DNA of 64,000 bases from Ignavibacteria bacterium. GTDB taxonomy: Bacteria; Bacteroidota; Ignavibacteria; Kapaibacteriales; Kapaibacteriaceae. A program made the position numbers and the translations under genes. Location: assembly GCA_015709655.1 (NCBI GenBank), contig CP054181.1:15327-79326 (forward strand), in the 5' to 3' direction. Shown here one piece after another: positions 51,103-61,021 of this stretch. The notes beneath the pieces were generated by a model. It worked only from the letters and a program-made list of their open reading frames with translations, was not told where the DNA came from and searched no databases. The stretch's first letter is position 1. Each line of letters opens with the position of its first letter.

Positions 51103-52230
51103 ATGGCACGAAAGAACAAAGACAACAAGGAAAGTTTGTCGATTAACCGGAGAAGGTGGCAAAAGTTCCGGGAGATGCGCCGTGGATACTGGTCATTCGT
51201 TATCCTTGTATCGGCATATGCACTGAGTTTTCTCCTGCCGGTATTGGTAAGCAATAAAGCATTAATCGTACATTACAAGGGTGAGTACTACTCACCTGCC
51301 GGCCTCGATTTGCTCTCATCCTTACCGATTCTGAATTTCCTGGACATCTCATCATTTTACAGTGGTGAAACCTTTGGTCAGACAGGAGTAAAAAGTGAGG
51401 CAGAATACAGAAGCCTTCAACAGCGGCTCGACGAAGAGGGAGAAGGGAATTGGGTGATGATGCCCTTGTACCCGTTTTCGCCACTGGAAGATATCACCGT
51501 TACTGGAAATGATAAATTTCTGGAACCGCTTGCTGAAGATGGCAATGGCTCAGTACGACTTTTGGGAACGGATGACCGGGGCAGAGACGTCTTCTCGCGG
51601 ATGACGTACGGTTTTCAGGTATCGATTTCTTTTGCCCTGCTCATTGCTCTTATTGAGTACCTGATTGGGATACCCATCGGAGCAGCCATGGGGTACTTTG
51701 GCGGTAAGTTCGACATTCTTAGTCAGCGTTTCATGGAGATCTGGGCATCAATTCCGTTCTTATTCCTGATTATCATTATTGTAAGCGTAATTGAACCAAC
51801 ATTTATGATGCTGGTTATCCTGATAGCTGTTTTTGCCTGGCTCGGTGTAGCCACTCAGATGCGTGCACAGTTCTACCGCGAGCGGTCAAGAGACTATGTT
51901 GCCGCAGCTGTCTCGATTGGTGTACCAACACGAACCATCATGGTCAAGCATATCCTGCCAAACTCACTGGTTCCGCTTATTACATTTTTCCCCTTCTCAA
52001 TCGTTGGTGGCATTGGTGCACTGGTAAGCCTGGACTTTCTTGGTTTTGGTCTCCGTCCGCCGACACCGTCATGGGGGCAAATGATCAGCGTTGGTTTGGC
52101 AAACATGAATGAATATTGGTTAGTGTTAGTACCCATGCTTGCAATGTTTATAACATTAAGCCTCGTGGTGTTTATTGGCGAAGGAATTCGAGAGGCGTTC
52201 GATCCAAAAGTATTCTCACGGTTACGATAA
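51103..52230 (+). CDS. ABC transporter permease (OppC/DppC-like)
   Basis: OppC-type topology with a large periplasmic N-loop and an EAA-like motif (YVAAAVSIGVP). Confidence 0.75.
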   Translation: MARKNKDNKESLSINRRRWQKFREMRRGYWSFVILVSAYALSFLLPVLVSNKALIVHYKGEYYSPAGLDLLSSLPILNFLDISSFYSGETFGQTGVKSEAEYRSLQQRLDEEGEGNWVMMPLYPFSPLEDITVTGNDKFLEPLAEDGNGSVRLLGTDDRGRDVFSRMTYGFQVSISFALLIALIEYLIGIPIGAAMGYFGGKFDILSQRFMEIWASIPFLFLIIIIVSVIEPTFMMLVILIAVFAWLGVATQMRAQFYRERSRDYVAAAVSIGVPTRTIMVKHILPNSLVPLITFFPFSIVGGIGALVSLDFLGFGLRPPTPSWGQMISVGLANMNEYWLVLVPMLAMFITLSLVVFIGEGIREAFDPKVFSRLR

Positions 52231-53234
52231 TGGCACAGACTCAAACGCCTCTTCTTCAGGTAAGAGACTTAAAAACATATTTTAATATCGGTGGAACGTG
52301 GGCAAAAGCCGTGGACGGTGTCAGTTTCGACATTTTCCCTGGTGAAGTCCTTGGCATTGTTGGTGAGTCCGGTTCAGGCAAAAGCGTGACTGCACTTTCC
52401 CTAATGAAACTGATACCTGACCCGCCAGGCCGGATCATGAGCGGGTCAATCATGTATAAGGGCCAAGACATCGCCTTGTTACCGTACGAAGACATGTATT
52501 CGGTTCGGGGCAAGGAGATCGCTATGATCTTTCAGGAACCCATGACCAGCCTGAACCCAGTATTTAAAATTGGAATGCAGATCGCCGAAGTTGCTCAAAG
52601 CCATCTTAACATGAACGAAAAAGAGGCACTTGAGCATGCTGTTGAAATGCTTCGCCTGGTAGGAATACCTGATCCCGAAAAACGAATTAACGACTATCCG
52701 CACCAGTTTTCGGGTGGCATGCGTCAGCGTGTGATGATTGCAATTGCTCTTGCCTGCAACCCCTCGATACTGATTGCCGATGAACCAACAACGGCACTCG
52801 ATGTTACCATTCAGGCACAGATTCTGGAGCTCATGCTCGAACTACAGAAGAAAAGGGGAGATGCCGCCATCGTACTAATAACCCACGATCTGGCTGTTGT
52901 TGCCGAGATGTGTCAGCGCGTTATTGTTATGTATGGTGGCAAAGTTCAGGAAATTGCTGAAATTAATGATTTGTTTAATAACCCGCTCCACCCGTACACA
53001 CAGGGTTTACTTGCCTCAATACCACGACCGAAACGGAACAGAGATCGCAACGAGAAATTAAAGGCAATCCCCGGAAACGTCCCAAGTATTATGAACCTGC
53101 CACAGGGCTGTAAGTTCTGTACCCGGTGCGAAGTTAAAATTGATATCTGCGATACGGTGGAACCCGAACTAGTCGAAATAACTCCAGGCCATTTTGTGCG
53201 CTGTCATCTGGTTAAGAAAGAGGCTACGGTATGA
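52230..53234 (+). CDS. ABC transporter ATP-binding protein (OppD/DppD-like)
   Basis: Walker A GESGSGKS, signature FSGGMRQR, Walker B ILIADEPTTALD, and a C-terminal oligopeptide-ABC extension. Start at M39 of ORF 52116, overlapping the permease stop. Confidence 0.85.
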   Translation: MAQTQTPLLQVRDLKTYFNIGGTWAKAVDGVSFDIFPGEVLGIVGESGSGKSVTALSLMKLIPDPPGRIMSGSIMYKGQDIALLPYEDMYSVRGKEIAMIFQEPMTSLNPVFKIGMQIAEVAQSHLNMNEKEALEHAVEMLRLVGIPDPEKRINDYPHQFSGGMRQRVMIAIALACNPSILIADEPTTALDVTIQAQILELMLELQKKRGDAAIVLITHDLAVVAEMCQRVIVMYGGKVQEIAEINDLFNNPLHPYTQGLLASIPRPKRNRDRNEKLKAIPGNVPSIMNLPQGCKFCTRCEVKIDICDTVEPELVEITPGHFVRCHLVKKEATV

Positions 53235-54262
53235 GCAACGGTACAACACAATCACAGCCAACACCCTTGCTCGACGTTAACGATCTGCATGTTTACTTTC
53301 CCGTCTATGGTGGTCTGCTGCAGAGAAAGGTTGCCGACGTCAAGGCTGTTGACGGTGTTTCATTTCACATCAATAAGGGCGAAACCCTTGGTCTTGTGGG
53401 AGAGTCTGGTTGCGGCAAAACCACGGTCGGACGTGCAATCATCAATGTGCTGCGTCATGTATCGCCAGATGTGTACCTTTCGGGATCGGTGAACTACAGC
53501 AAGGACGGATCGCAGACAACAAACCTCCTTCCGCTATCAAAACGTGAGATGCTGCCATACCGCCAGGCCATCCAAATGATATTTCAGGATCCGTACTCAT
53601 CATTAAATCAGCGACTGTCGGTGCGCCAGATTGTTGGCGAACCGATTGAACTGCACATGAAGTCGCTCTCAAAAAACGAGATTAATGACCGGGTGCTGTA
53701 TCTCCTGGAACGTGTTGGGTTGCAACCTGAATATGCAGGAAGATATCCGCATGAATTCAGTGGCGGACAGCGACAAAGAATCGGGATTGCCCGCGCTCTG
53801 GCAACAAATCCGGATTTGATTGTATGCGACGAACCTGTTAGTGCGCTCGACGTCAGCGTTCAGGCCCAGGTTATCAATCTTATGGAAGAGCTGCGCGATG
53901 AATTTAATCTTTCTTACGTTTTTATTGCCCATGATCTTAGCGTAGTTTATCACATTTCGGACAGAATTGCCGTGATGTACCTGGGTGATCTTGTTGAAAT
54001 CGGGACATCAGACCAGGTGTATTTTACGCCAACCCACCCGTACTCACGCGCCCTGATCAGTGCTGTTCCCGAGCCAAACCCCAATATTGAAGGAAGGCAG
54101 CGGATCGTCCTCCAGGGCGATATTCCCACTCCGATGAATAAACCAACGGGCTGTGGCTTCCGTACGCGGTGTCCGATAGCCATTCCATTGTGCGAAAAGG
54201 TAAAACCCGAGCTGACTCTTAAACAGAGCGGAGCCATGGTGGCATGCCATGTTGTGGAATAA
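53231..54262 (+). CDS. ABC transporter ATP-binding protein (OppF/DppF-like)
   Basis: Walker A GESGCGKT, signature FSGGQRQR, Walker B LIVCDEPVSALD. Confidence 0.85.
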   Translation: MSNGTTQSQPTPLLDVNDLHVYFPVYGGLLQRKVADVKAVDGVSFHINKGETLGLVGESGCGKTTVGRAIINVLRHVSPDVYLSGSVNYSKDGSQTTNLLPLSKREMLPYRQAIQMIFQDPYSSLNQRLSVRQIVGEPIELHMKSLSKNEINDRVLYLLERVGLQPEYAGRYPHEFSGGQRQRIGIARALATNPDLIVCDEPVSALDVSVQAQVINLMEELRDEFNLSYVFIAHDLSVVYHISDRIAVMYLGDLVEIGTSDQVYFTPTHPYSRALISAVPEPNPNIEGRQRIVLQGDIPTPMNKPTGCGFRTRCPIAIPLCEKVKPELTLKQSGAMVACHVVE

Positions 54263-54272
54263 AACAGCCCAC

Positions 54273-55202
54273 TTAGTGGGTACCGTGCTGTAGCCACGAT
54301 CTGCGTTTGCCTCCGAATACCGGAGTCACACGGTAACCAAGCTTAGCAAGCTCGGCAAGTAAACCCTGTTTGCCGCCAAGATGTGCTGCTCCTAATGCGA
54401 AAAAAGCACCTCCATTGTCAACAGCAGCCTTCATCCTCTGTGCCATGGTGATATTACGGGTATCGTTCAGTTTAACCATGAATGTTTCTAACGTGGACAC
54501 GCTGTCAACCATTTGCACAATTACATGAAGATCCTCGGTCCGGTAGGCATTGATCAGTACTGTAAGCGTACTATCGGATTCTGCCTGTCGGGCAGCCTCG
54601 AGCAGCATTGTGGGCGGAATACTGTCAAGAAGTGATAGCTGTTCGTGGAGCGTCTCCAGTCCGCTTACTCTGCATCCTGCTGACTTCGCTGTGCGCCACA
54701 AGAACTCATCAACACTCATCGGGGCCGTTGCGCCGTCTGCATCCATCGCCAGTAGGGCAATAACGGCACCGGGTTTAAGCTTTTCGGCCATGAAACTCAT
54801 TGGACCAAGTTTCTTCGTCAGTACGGCTTTCAGCTCAGTTACCTGCGACGGTGTATAAAAATCCCACAGTTTTTTTCCGGCAGGGAGCATCATTACCGAG
54901 GGGTCCATGCCACTCAGGGCTGAATCCAGATTGATTTCAGAATAAAACTCCCGACATCGTTGTAAAATGGTTAGCACGGTATCACGCTGAAAAAATACTG
55001 TACTGTCGGGCAGATGTATCGTGCCAAAAACATAACTTGCAGCATCGGCATCAGACTCAATCTTCCATAATAATGTTGGCTGATTAAAATCATGTTCAGA
55101 CCGAGATCCCACGCTACTGCAACCGATCACCAGGCACTGAAGCACGATACCAAACGTCAGACACCACTTCCTTAGATTTTTTTTTGTTTTCCATCGAACC
55201 AT
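54273..55202 (-). CDS. TraB/GumN family lipoprotein
   Basis: TraB/GumN motifs ASYVFGTIHLPD and FALGAAHLGGKQGLLAELAKLGY. Lipoprotein signal MVRWKTKKNLRKWCLTFGIVLQCLVIGC. Start chosen at M42 of ORF 54273..55325. Confidence 0.65.
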   Translation of the reverse strand: MVRWKTKKNLRKWCLTFGIVLQCLVIGCSSVGSRSEHDFNQPTLLWKIESDADAASYVFGTIHLPDSTVFFQRDTVLTILQRCREFYSEINLDSALSGMDPSVMMLPAGKKLWDFYTPSQVTELKAVLTKKLGPMSFMAEKLKPGAVIALLAMDADGATAPMSVDEFLWRTAKSAGCRVSGLETLHEQLSLLDSIPPTMLLEAARQAESDSTLTVLINAYRTEDLHVIVQMVDSVSTLETFMVKLNDTRNITMAQRMKAAVDNGGAFFALGAAHLGGKQGLLAELAKLGYRVTPVFGGKRRSWLQHGTH

Positions 55203-56289
55203 GGTACGCATCCTTATTTTATTGGCACTCCTTACGGTACACCTGCATGCTGAAGTTCTTGATACAGCTGCACTACAAAAGGTCATCAAAAAAGCTGTCA
55301 ACCTGATGGACCGCAATCTACCCACCGAAGCGATTATCGCTTGGGATCAGGCTATCGCATTGCGTCCTGACTTCCTTCCGTACAAATATGAGAGAACAAT
55401 TTGTTTGATGATGGATAAAAAGTATTCCCAGGCTCAGGTTGAACTGCTTGGCATGTACCGCGACACATCATTGTTTGACCGTGGCTTTCAGTTGTTGGGT
55501 AATTGCTACGACTTCCTGGGTGACACATCAAAGGCCCGTTCAACCTACCGCGAAGGCTTGCAGGCATGGCCCAAGAGCGGACGACTACATCTTGAAATGG
55601 GGAATGCCTCCTACCTGGATAATAATCCAAAGGCAGCACTTGAATGGTGGGCAAAAGGAGCACGAGCCGAGCCACAGTATCCAAGCAACTACTATCAGAT
55701 TGCAACAACGTTTGCCTTTACGCCGTACCGCTTCTGGGCTCTCCTGTATGGCGAAGCGTTTTTGAATTTGGAAAGGGGCTCTCAGCGATATGCAGAGGTA
55801 AGCTCGCTCTTATTTCAAATCTGGCAAAAAGGCATAAACCCGGGAACCTCTGACCCGGTTCACTTTGCTTCGGCTGAAGTCATCGAACAGGCCTCCGATA
55901 ACAACCCATCAGCAATGAGCTTCCCGATGGCCTTTGATTATACCGTCGCGGCTGCCCTGGCGATTGAGCGGAAAAATGGAACGATCAAGGACTCCGTCAA
56001 ACTGGGCACTGCTCAATTGGTAGCGTTACGCTCACGGTTTTTAAAACTCTGGAAAGAGTCTGGCTATTTTGAAAAATACCCCAATGATATTTTGGACTTC
56101 AACGCAACGGTACAGCATTCCGGTTGGTTAAACGAATACCTCTGGTGGCTGTACTCATTTGGTGATAAGGCTGCCTCGAACCAGAACTATCAGACCAACG
56201 AGGCTAGGTACGATACCTTCCTTGCCTGGTTCGGCGACCACCTGCTGGATGCCGAAAAACCACTGTGCATTGGTTTTCAATGTCAGTAG
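55201..56289 (+). CDS. Secreted hypothetical protein with TPR-like N-terminal region
   Basis: Signal peptide MVRILILLALLTVHLHA. Helical TPR-like repeats (AIIAWDQAIALRPDFLPYKYERTICLMM...). Uninterrupted 362-aa ORF. Confidence 0.55.
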   Translation: MVRILILLALLTVHLHAEVLDTAALQKVIKKAVNLMDRNLPTEAIIAWDQAIALRPDFLPYKYERTICLMMDKKYSQAQVELLGMYRDTSLFDRGFQLLGNCYDFLGDTSKARSTYREGLQAWPKSGRLHLEMGNASYLDNNPKAALEWWAKGARAEPQYPSNYYQIATTFAFTPYRFWALLYGEAFLNLERGSQRYAEVSSLLFQIWQKGINPGTSDPVHFASAEVIEQASDNNPSAMSFPMAFDYTVAAALAIERKNGTIKDSVKLGTAQLVALRSRFLKLWKESGYFEKYPNDILDFNATVQHSGWLNEYLWWLYSFGDKAASNQNYQTNEARYDTFLAWFGDHLLDAEKPLCIGFQCQ

Positions 56290-56328
56290 GAAGATTGTTA
56301 TCAAAACTTGACGTATTTTTGCAGTCTT

Positions 56329-56667
56329 ATGGCAACATTACTTATCCTTATCTCTGTTTTTGCGTCCATCCTGCTGATTTTGGTTGTGTTGATTCAACCC
56401 GGTAAGTCTGAAATGATTTCCGGAATGGGTGGCTTGGGCGGACAAATCAACAGCATGCTTGGCGTTCGCACTGGACGTAACTTTTTGCAGAATCTTACCA
56501 TTGGGTTGATGGCTGCTGTCATGGTTATTGCTATCCTGGCAAATAAGCTCTTCCTGGACCATGGAGATGTGCAAAAAGGCCCGGTAACGCAAGGACGGTC
56601 TATTCCGGCCAGTTCAATTCCCAATGCTCCGTCTGTTCCTGCCCCTCAGCCCCCTGCAGGAAAATAG
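56329..56667 (+). CDS. secG: Preprotein translocase subunit SecG
   Basis: LLILVVLIQPGKSEMISGMGG matches the SecG LLQxGKG signature, followed by a second TM helix and a Pro-rich tail. Start at M8 of ORF 56308. Confidence 0.7.
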   Translation: MATLLILISVFASILLILVVLIQPGKSEMISGMGGLGGQINSMLGVRTGRNFLQNLTIGLMAAVMVIAILANKLFLDHGDVQKGPVTQGRSIPASSIPNAPSVPAPQPPAGK

Positions 56668-56680
56668 TTAATCTGTAACA

Positions 56681-58348
56681 ATGGCCGGAATCATCGGGAC
56701 ACCGATACAAGAAGATGACCTGACGTACGCTGCAAATGCAGACGTAAACAGGCAGCGTATGCGCGTGATCGATGCCGTTGCTAACACTGTGCGAATGGGT
56801 GGTGGCACAAAAGCCGTCAGCAGACACCATGCAAAGGGAAAACTCACCGCACGTGAGCGAATTGATGCGCTCATCGATCCTGATTCCTTCTTCTTGGAAG
56901 TTGGACTGTTTGCAGCTGAAGGAATGTACGAAGACGAAGGCGGTTGTCCGGGAGCCGGCGTGGTTGCCGGCGTTGGAGTAATTGCTCATCGCGAGTGCAT
57001 GATTGTGGCGGGTGACGCAACGGTTAAAGCCGGCGCATGGTTCCCAATGACAGCAAAGAAAAACCTGCGGGCACAAGAAATTGCTATTGATAATAACCTG
57101 CCTATCATTTACCTGGTTGACTCGGCAGGTGTTTACCTCCCTTTACAGGAGCATGTATTCCCTGATAAGGAACATTTTGGAAGGCAGTTCCGAAACAACG
57201 CTGTTCTTAGTTCCAAGGGTATACCCCAAATTGCAGCAATTATGGGACCCTGCGTTGCCGGCGGTGCATACCTTCCTATCATGTGTGATGAAGTGATTAT
57301 CGTTAAAGGAACAGGCTCCGTCTTCCTTGCAGGACCAGCACTGGTAGAGGCAGCTATTGGTGAGAAAACACCAGTAGAACCCCTTGGTGGTGCCATGATG
57401 CATACTACCATCAGTGGTGTCACCGATACCATGGTTGATTCTGACCAGGAAGCTCTTGAGCGAATCCGCTCAATTGTTGAGACATTTTCGCCAACAAAAG
57501 GGCAAAAGAACATTTTCTCCCGAGCGGAACCCAAGCCCCCTACCTACGACCCCGCAGAAATCTGGGGTATTCTTCCATCTGACCGTTCTAAACCGTACAG
57601 TATGCGCCAAATACTGGCACGGCTTCTTGATGAAAGTAAGTTTGATGAATACAAGGAAGATTACGGTAAAACAATTATCTGCGGTATAGGCAGGATTGAC
57701 GGATGGGCCGTTGGCATTGTAGCAAATAACCGAGAAGTTGTCCGTAATGGCAAGGGAGAGATGCAGGTTGGCGGCGTTATCTATAGCGATTCTGCTGATA
57801 AAGCTGCCCGCTTTGTGATGAATTGTAATCAGCGCGGGATTCCACTGTTGTTTATGCAGGACGTTACCGGATTCATGGTTGGAACCAGAGCGGAACAAGG
57901 CGGAATCATTAAGGATGGCGCAAAGTTTGTAAATGCCGTAGCTAACAGCATAGTACCAAAGTTCACGATCGTTGTTGGCAACTCATATGGTGCAGGTAAT
58001 TACGCAATGTGCGGGCGTGCCTACGATCCGAGATTCATGTATGCATGGCCAACGGCACAAATTGCTGTCATGGGAGGAGCGCAGGCAGCAAAAACCCTAC
58101 TTTCAATTAAAATTGCTGCACTGGCGAAGAGGGGAGAGTCAATTACGGAAGCCCAACAAAAAGAAATGCTTGCCGAAATTCAGGCCCGCTACGATGCTAC
58201 AACAACCCCTGTTTATGCTGCTGCTAACATGTGGGTAGATGGTATCATTGCCCCAACCGAAACCCGTAGCGTGATTTCGCGCGCTATTGCTGTTGCCTCA
58301 CATGGTAATCTGCCCTCAACATTTTCGACCGGCGTTCTCCAGGTATGA
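56681..58348 (+). CDS. Acyl-CoA carboxylase carboxyltransferase subunit (propionyl-CoA carboxylase beta / methylmalonyl-CoA carboxyltransferase family)
   Basis: Duplicated crotonase-like carboxyltransferase halves. Overall PccB/MmdA-like pattern at the typical ~520-aa size. Confidence 0.85.
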   Translation: MAGIIGTPIQEDDLTYAANADVNRQRMRVIDAVANTVRMGGGTKAVSRHHAKGKLTARERIDALIDPDSFFLEVGLFAAEGMYEDEGGCPGAGVVAGVGVIAHRECMIVAGDATVKAGAWFPMTAKKNLRAQEIAIDNNLPIIYLVDSAGVYLPLQEHVFPDKEHFGRQFRNNAVLSSKGIPQIAAIMGPCVAGGAYLPIMCDEVIIVKGTGSVFLAGPALVEAAIGEKTPVEPLGGAMMHTTISGVTDTMVDSDQEALERIRSIVETFSPTKGQKNIFSRAEPKPPTYDPAEIWGILPSDRSKPYSMRQILARLLDESKFDEYKEDYGKTIICGIGRIDGWAVGIVANNREVVRNGKGEMQVGGVIYSDSADKAARFVMNCNQRGIPLLFMQDVTGFMVGTRAEQGGIIKDGAKFVNAVANSIVPKFTIVVGNSYGAGNYAMCGRAYDPRFMYAWPTAQIAVMGGAQAAKTLLSIKIAALAKRGESITEAQQKEMLAEIQARYDATTTPVYAAANMWVDGIIAPTETRSVISRAIAVASHGNLPSTFSTGVLQV

Positions 58349-58351
58349 TGC

Positions 58352-61021
58352 ATGTTTGCATCTATGGCAGACAACCTACGGCAACTATTTTCAAAACAGC
58401 AAATCAGTAGTGAGTGGATTGACAGGATCACGTTAGCCCACGATGCCTCGCTCTACCGAATAGTGCCACAAGTTGTTGTACGCCCAGATTCGGTCACGGA
58501 AATACAGGAACTCTTCAGGTACTGTCGCGATCACCATCGCCACCTCACGTTCAGGGCTGCCGGTACCAGCCTGAGCGGTCAGGCACTCTCTGACGATATC
58601 CTTGTTGATCTTGGAAGGGGCTGGGATAGTTACAAGGTGCTGGATAACGGCGAACGAATCCAACTTGGTCCCGGTATAACCGGCGGAAGGGTAAATCAAC
58701 TCCTTCAAAAGTATGGCACACGCATCGGCCCGGATCCAGCCTCGATACATGCTGCCAAAATTGGAGGCATCATTGCCAACAATGCCTCGGGTATGTGCTG
58801 TGGAACCCGACAGAACTCCTACAATACACTTGATTCTGCAGACGTTGTTCTTGCATGCGGACTTCATCTGAACACCGGCGATGTTGATGCTGATGAACGT
58901 TTCCGTCAGAATGCCCCTCAGATTTATGCCGGTTTGATTCGGCTACGTGATGCTATTCGCGCCAATACAAGCCTTGCTAAAACAATCGAACGGAAGTACC
59001 GGATTAAGAATACAATGGGGTATAGCTTAAACGCCTTTCTGGATGAGGAGAGCCCAGGTAAAATTCTTGCACGCCTGCTGGTTGGAAGCGAAGGTACACT
59101 TGGTTTTATTGCATCGGTCATACTACGGACGGTGCCCGACCCAAAAAATAAATGGACCAACTTTTTTCTCTATCCCGGCGTCCATCAGGCATGCGAAGAA
59201 GCAATTCGATGGCAGGAAATGGGTGCCGCTGCCATTGAGTTGATGGACGATGCCTCGTTGAAGTCATTTGCGAATATCCCTTCGACTCCGGCAAAATTCA
59301 GGTGTACAGACAAGAATGTTGCCGCACTGCTGATAGAATTTCATGATGCTGAACCTGACAATCCGGAAACATGGATTGTGTCCGAAAAAGAACAACATGA
59401 GCTCTGGCGTCTGCGGCGCGGGCTTATGCCATCAATCGGTGCCAAGCGGAAATCAGGTGAAACCATGATAAACGAAGATATCGCTGTTCCGCAGGCTCAC
59501 CTTGCTGACCTTGTACTGGACGTACGTGAATGCTTTCGGACGTTTAACTACGAAAAAGCAATCGTTTTTGGCCATGCCAAGGACGGGAATATCCATTTCG
59601 TGGTCAATGACCGTTTTGATTCCCAAGCCAGTATTAACCGATACGATGCATTTATGCATGCTGTAGCAAACGTTGTGGTCGGTAAATACAGCGGCTCATT
59701 AAAAGCCGAACACGGAACAGGACGAAACATGGCCCCATTCCTTGAACAGGAGTGGGGAACCGATGCCGTTGAAGTAATGCAAGAAATAAAAACTTTACTG
59801 GATCCGCATAACATCCTAAATCCCGGTGTCATTCTAAATGACAATAAGAAAATCCATATTGAAAATATCAAACCAATTCCCACTGTTGAAGCAGTGGTTG
59901 ATACCTGTATCGAATGCGGTTTCTGTGAGTCGGTCTGCCCGACAAGAAATTACACCCTTACCCCGCGACAGCGTATCATCCTTAGACGTGAACAACGGTT
60001 ATCCCTCCCCGAAACTGCCGCTGCCGATATAAAAAAAGATGAGCAGTTTTTTAGTATTGATACCTGTAGTGTTGACGGAATCTGTCAGTCTGCATGTCCT
60101 GTTGATATTAATACCGGCACACTGGTGAAACAGCTACGAAGCAGCCAAACATCGCCAATAACTCAGAAGGCTGCTGCCGTTGTGGCAAACCACTACGGTA
60201 TGCTTTCCAAGCCAATGCGACTGGCAACCAAACTGATAACCCCGATCCATCAAACCAATGGGGTTCGGCATCCTGAAAACGTTGTGGCAAACGGGATGCC
60301 TGCAGTAGTGTATCTACCCTCGTGTCCGCAGCGTTGGTCGCATACGGGAACGGACATTGTGTGTGACCTTGCAACACTTGCCGGACAGGAATTGATTTTA
60401 CCCGATACCTCTACAACCATGTGCTGTGGGCAGCCTTTCGATTCCAAGGGGCTGTATGAAGCATCTCAAATAACGAGGAACCATACAGTGGAAGGTCTGC
60501 GCCGTTCAGGAATTGGTGCCCACACAGCTGTCCTTGTTGATACTTCAACCTGTGCGGTTGCATATCGGGCAGACCTTGAACAGCATCACTGGAAGGTCTT
60601 ATCACCAGTAGAATGGCTGTTTACCCATGTTCTGCCATTTGTGAACCTCAAGCCCCTTAACACCAACATCATGTTGCATATTGGATGTAGTCAGTTAAAA
60701 CTCTCCGAAACCGAAATGTATCGCACAATTGTAGAGAGCATTGCGGGTGAGGGGAGTGTACTTGTTGAAACCGGGTGCTGTGGAATGGCAGGCATTCACG
60801 GTGTACGCTATCCATCGATACCTTCAACTGCACTGCGTGAACTTCATAAGCGAACAACGATGGAACAGTGTTCGCATATCGTTACGACGAATACGTTTTG
60901 TGCAGCAGGCATTGAGCGGTTTTCTGGCGGTATCCCCACACTAACCATTTTTGAAATGCTTGTGCAAGCTGCGCCCGAACGGAATACCACTACATTCGAA
61001 AAACCTGATTCTTCCACGTAA
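58352..61021 (+). CDS. Fused FAD-linked oxidase (GlcD/D-lactate dehydrogenase-like) and Fe-S / CCG-domain oxidoreductase (GlcF-like)
   Basis: N-terminal FAD-binding PCMH-type region (FRAAGTSLSGQA). Two ferredoxin-type clusters (CIECGFCESVCP, CSVDGICQSACP). C-terminal Cys-rich CCG-like repeats (TMCCGQPF, GCCGMAG). Starts 3 nt after the carboxyltransferase stop. Confidence 0.75.
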   Translation: MFASMADNLRQLFSKQQISSEWIDRITLAHDASLYRIVPQVVVRPDSVTEIQELFRYCRDHHRHLTFRAAGTSLSGQALSDDILVDLGRGWDSYKVLDNGERIQLGPGITGGRVNQLLQKYGTRIGPDPASIHAAKIGGIIANNASGMCCGTRQNSYNTLDSADVVLACGLHLNTGDVDADERFRQNAPQIYAGLIRLRDAIRANTSLAKTIERKYRIKNTMGYSLNAFLDEESPGKILARLLVGSEGTLGFIASVILRTVPDPKNKWTNFFLYPGVHQACEEAIRWQEMGAAAIELMDDASLKSFANIPSTPAKFRCTDKNVAALLIEFHDAEPDNPETWIVSEKEQHELWRLRRGLMPSIGAKRKSGETMINEDIAVPQAHLADLVLDVRECFRTFNYEKAIVFGHAKDGNIHFVVNDRFDSQASINRYDAFMHAVANVVVGKYSGSLKAEHGTGRNMAPFLEQEWGTDAVEVMQEIKTLLDPHNILNPGVILNDNKKIHIENIKPIPTVEAVVDTCIECGFCESVCPTRNYTLTPRQRIILRREQRLSLPETAAADIKKDEQFFSIDTCSVDGICQSACPVDINTGTLVKQLRSSQTSPITQKAAAVVANHYGMLSKPMRLATKLITPIHQTNGVRHPENVVANGMPAVVYLPSCPQRWSHTGTDIVCDLATLAGQELILPDTSTTMCCGQPFDSKGLYEASQITRNHTVEGLRRSGIGAHTAVLVDTSTCAVAYRADLEQHHWKVLSPVEWLFTHVLPFVNLKPLNTNIMLHIGCSQLKLSETEMYRTIVESIAGEGSVLVETGCCGMAGIHGVRYPSIPSTALRELHKRTTMEQCSHIVTTNTFCAAGIERFSGGIPTLTIFEMLVQAAPERNTTTFEKPDSST

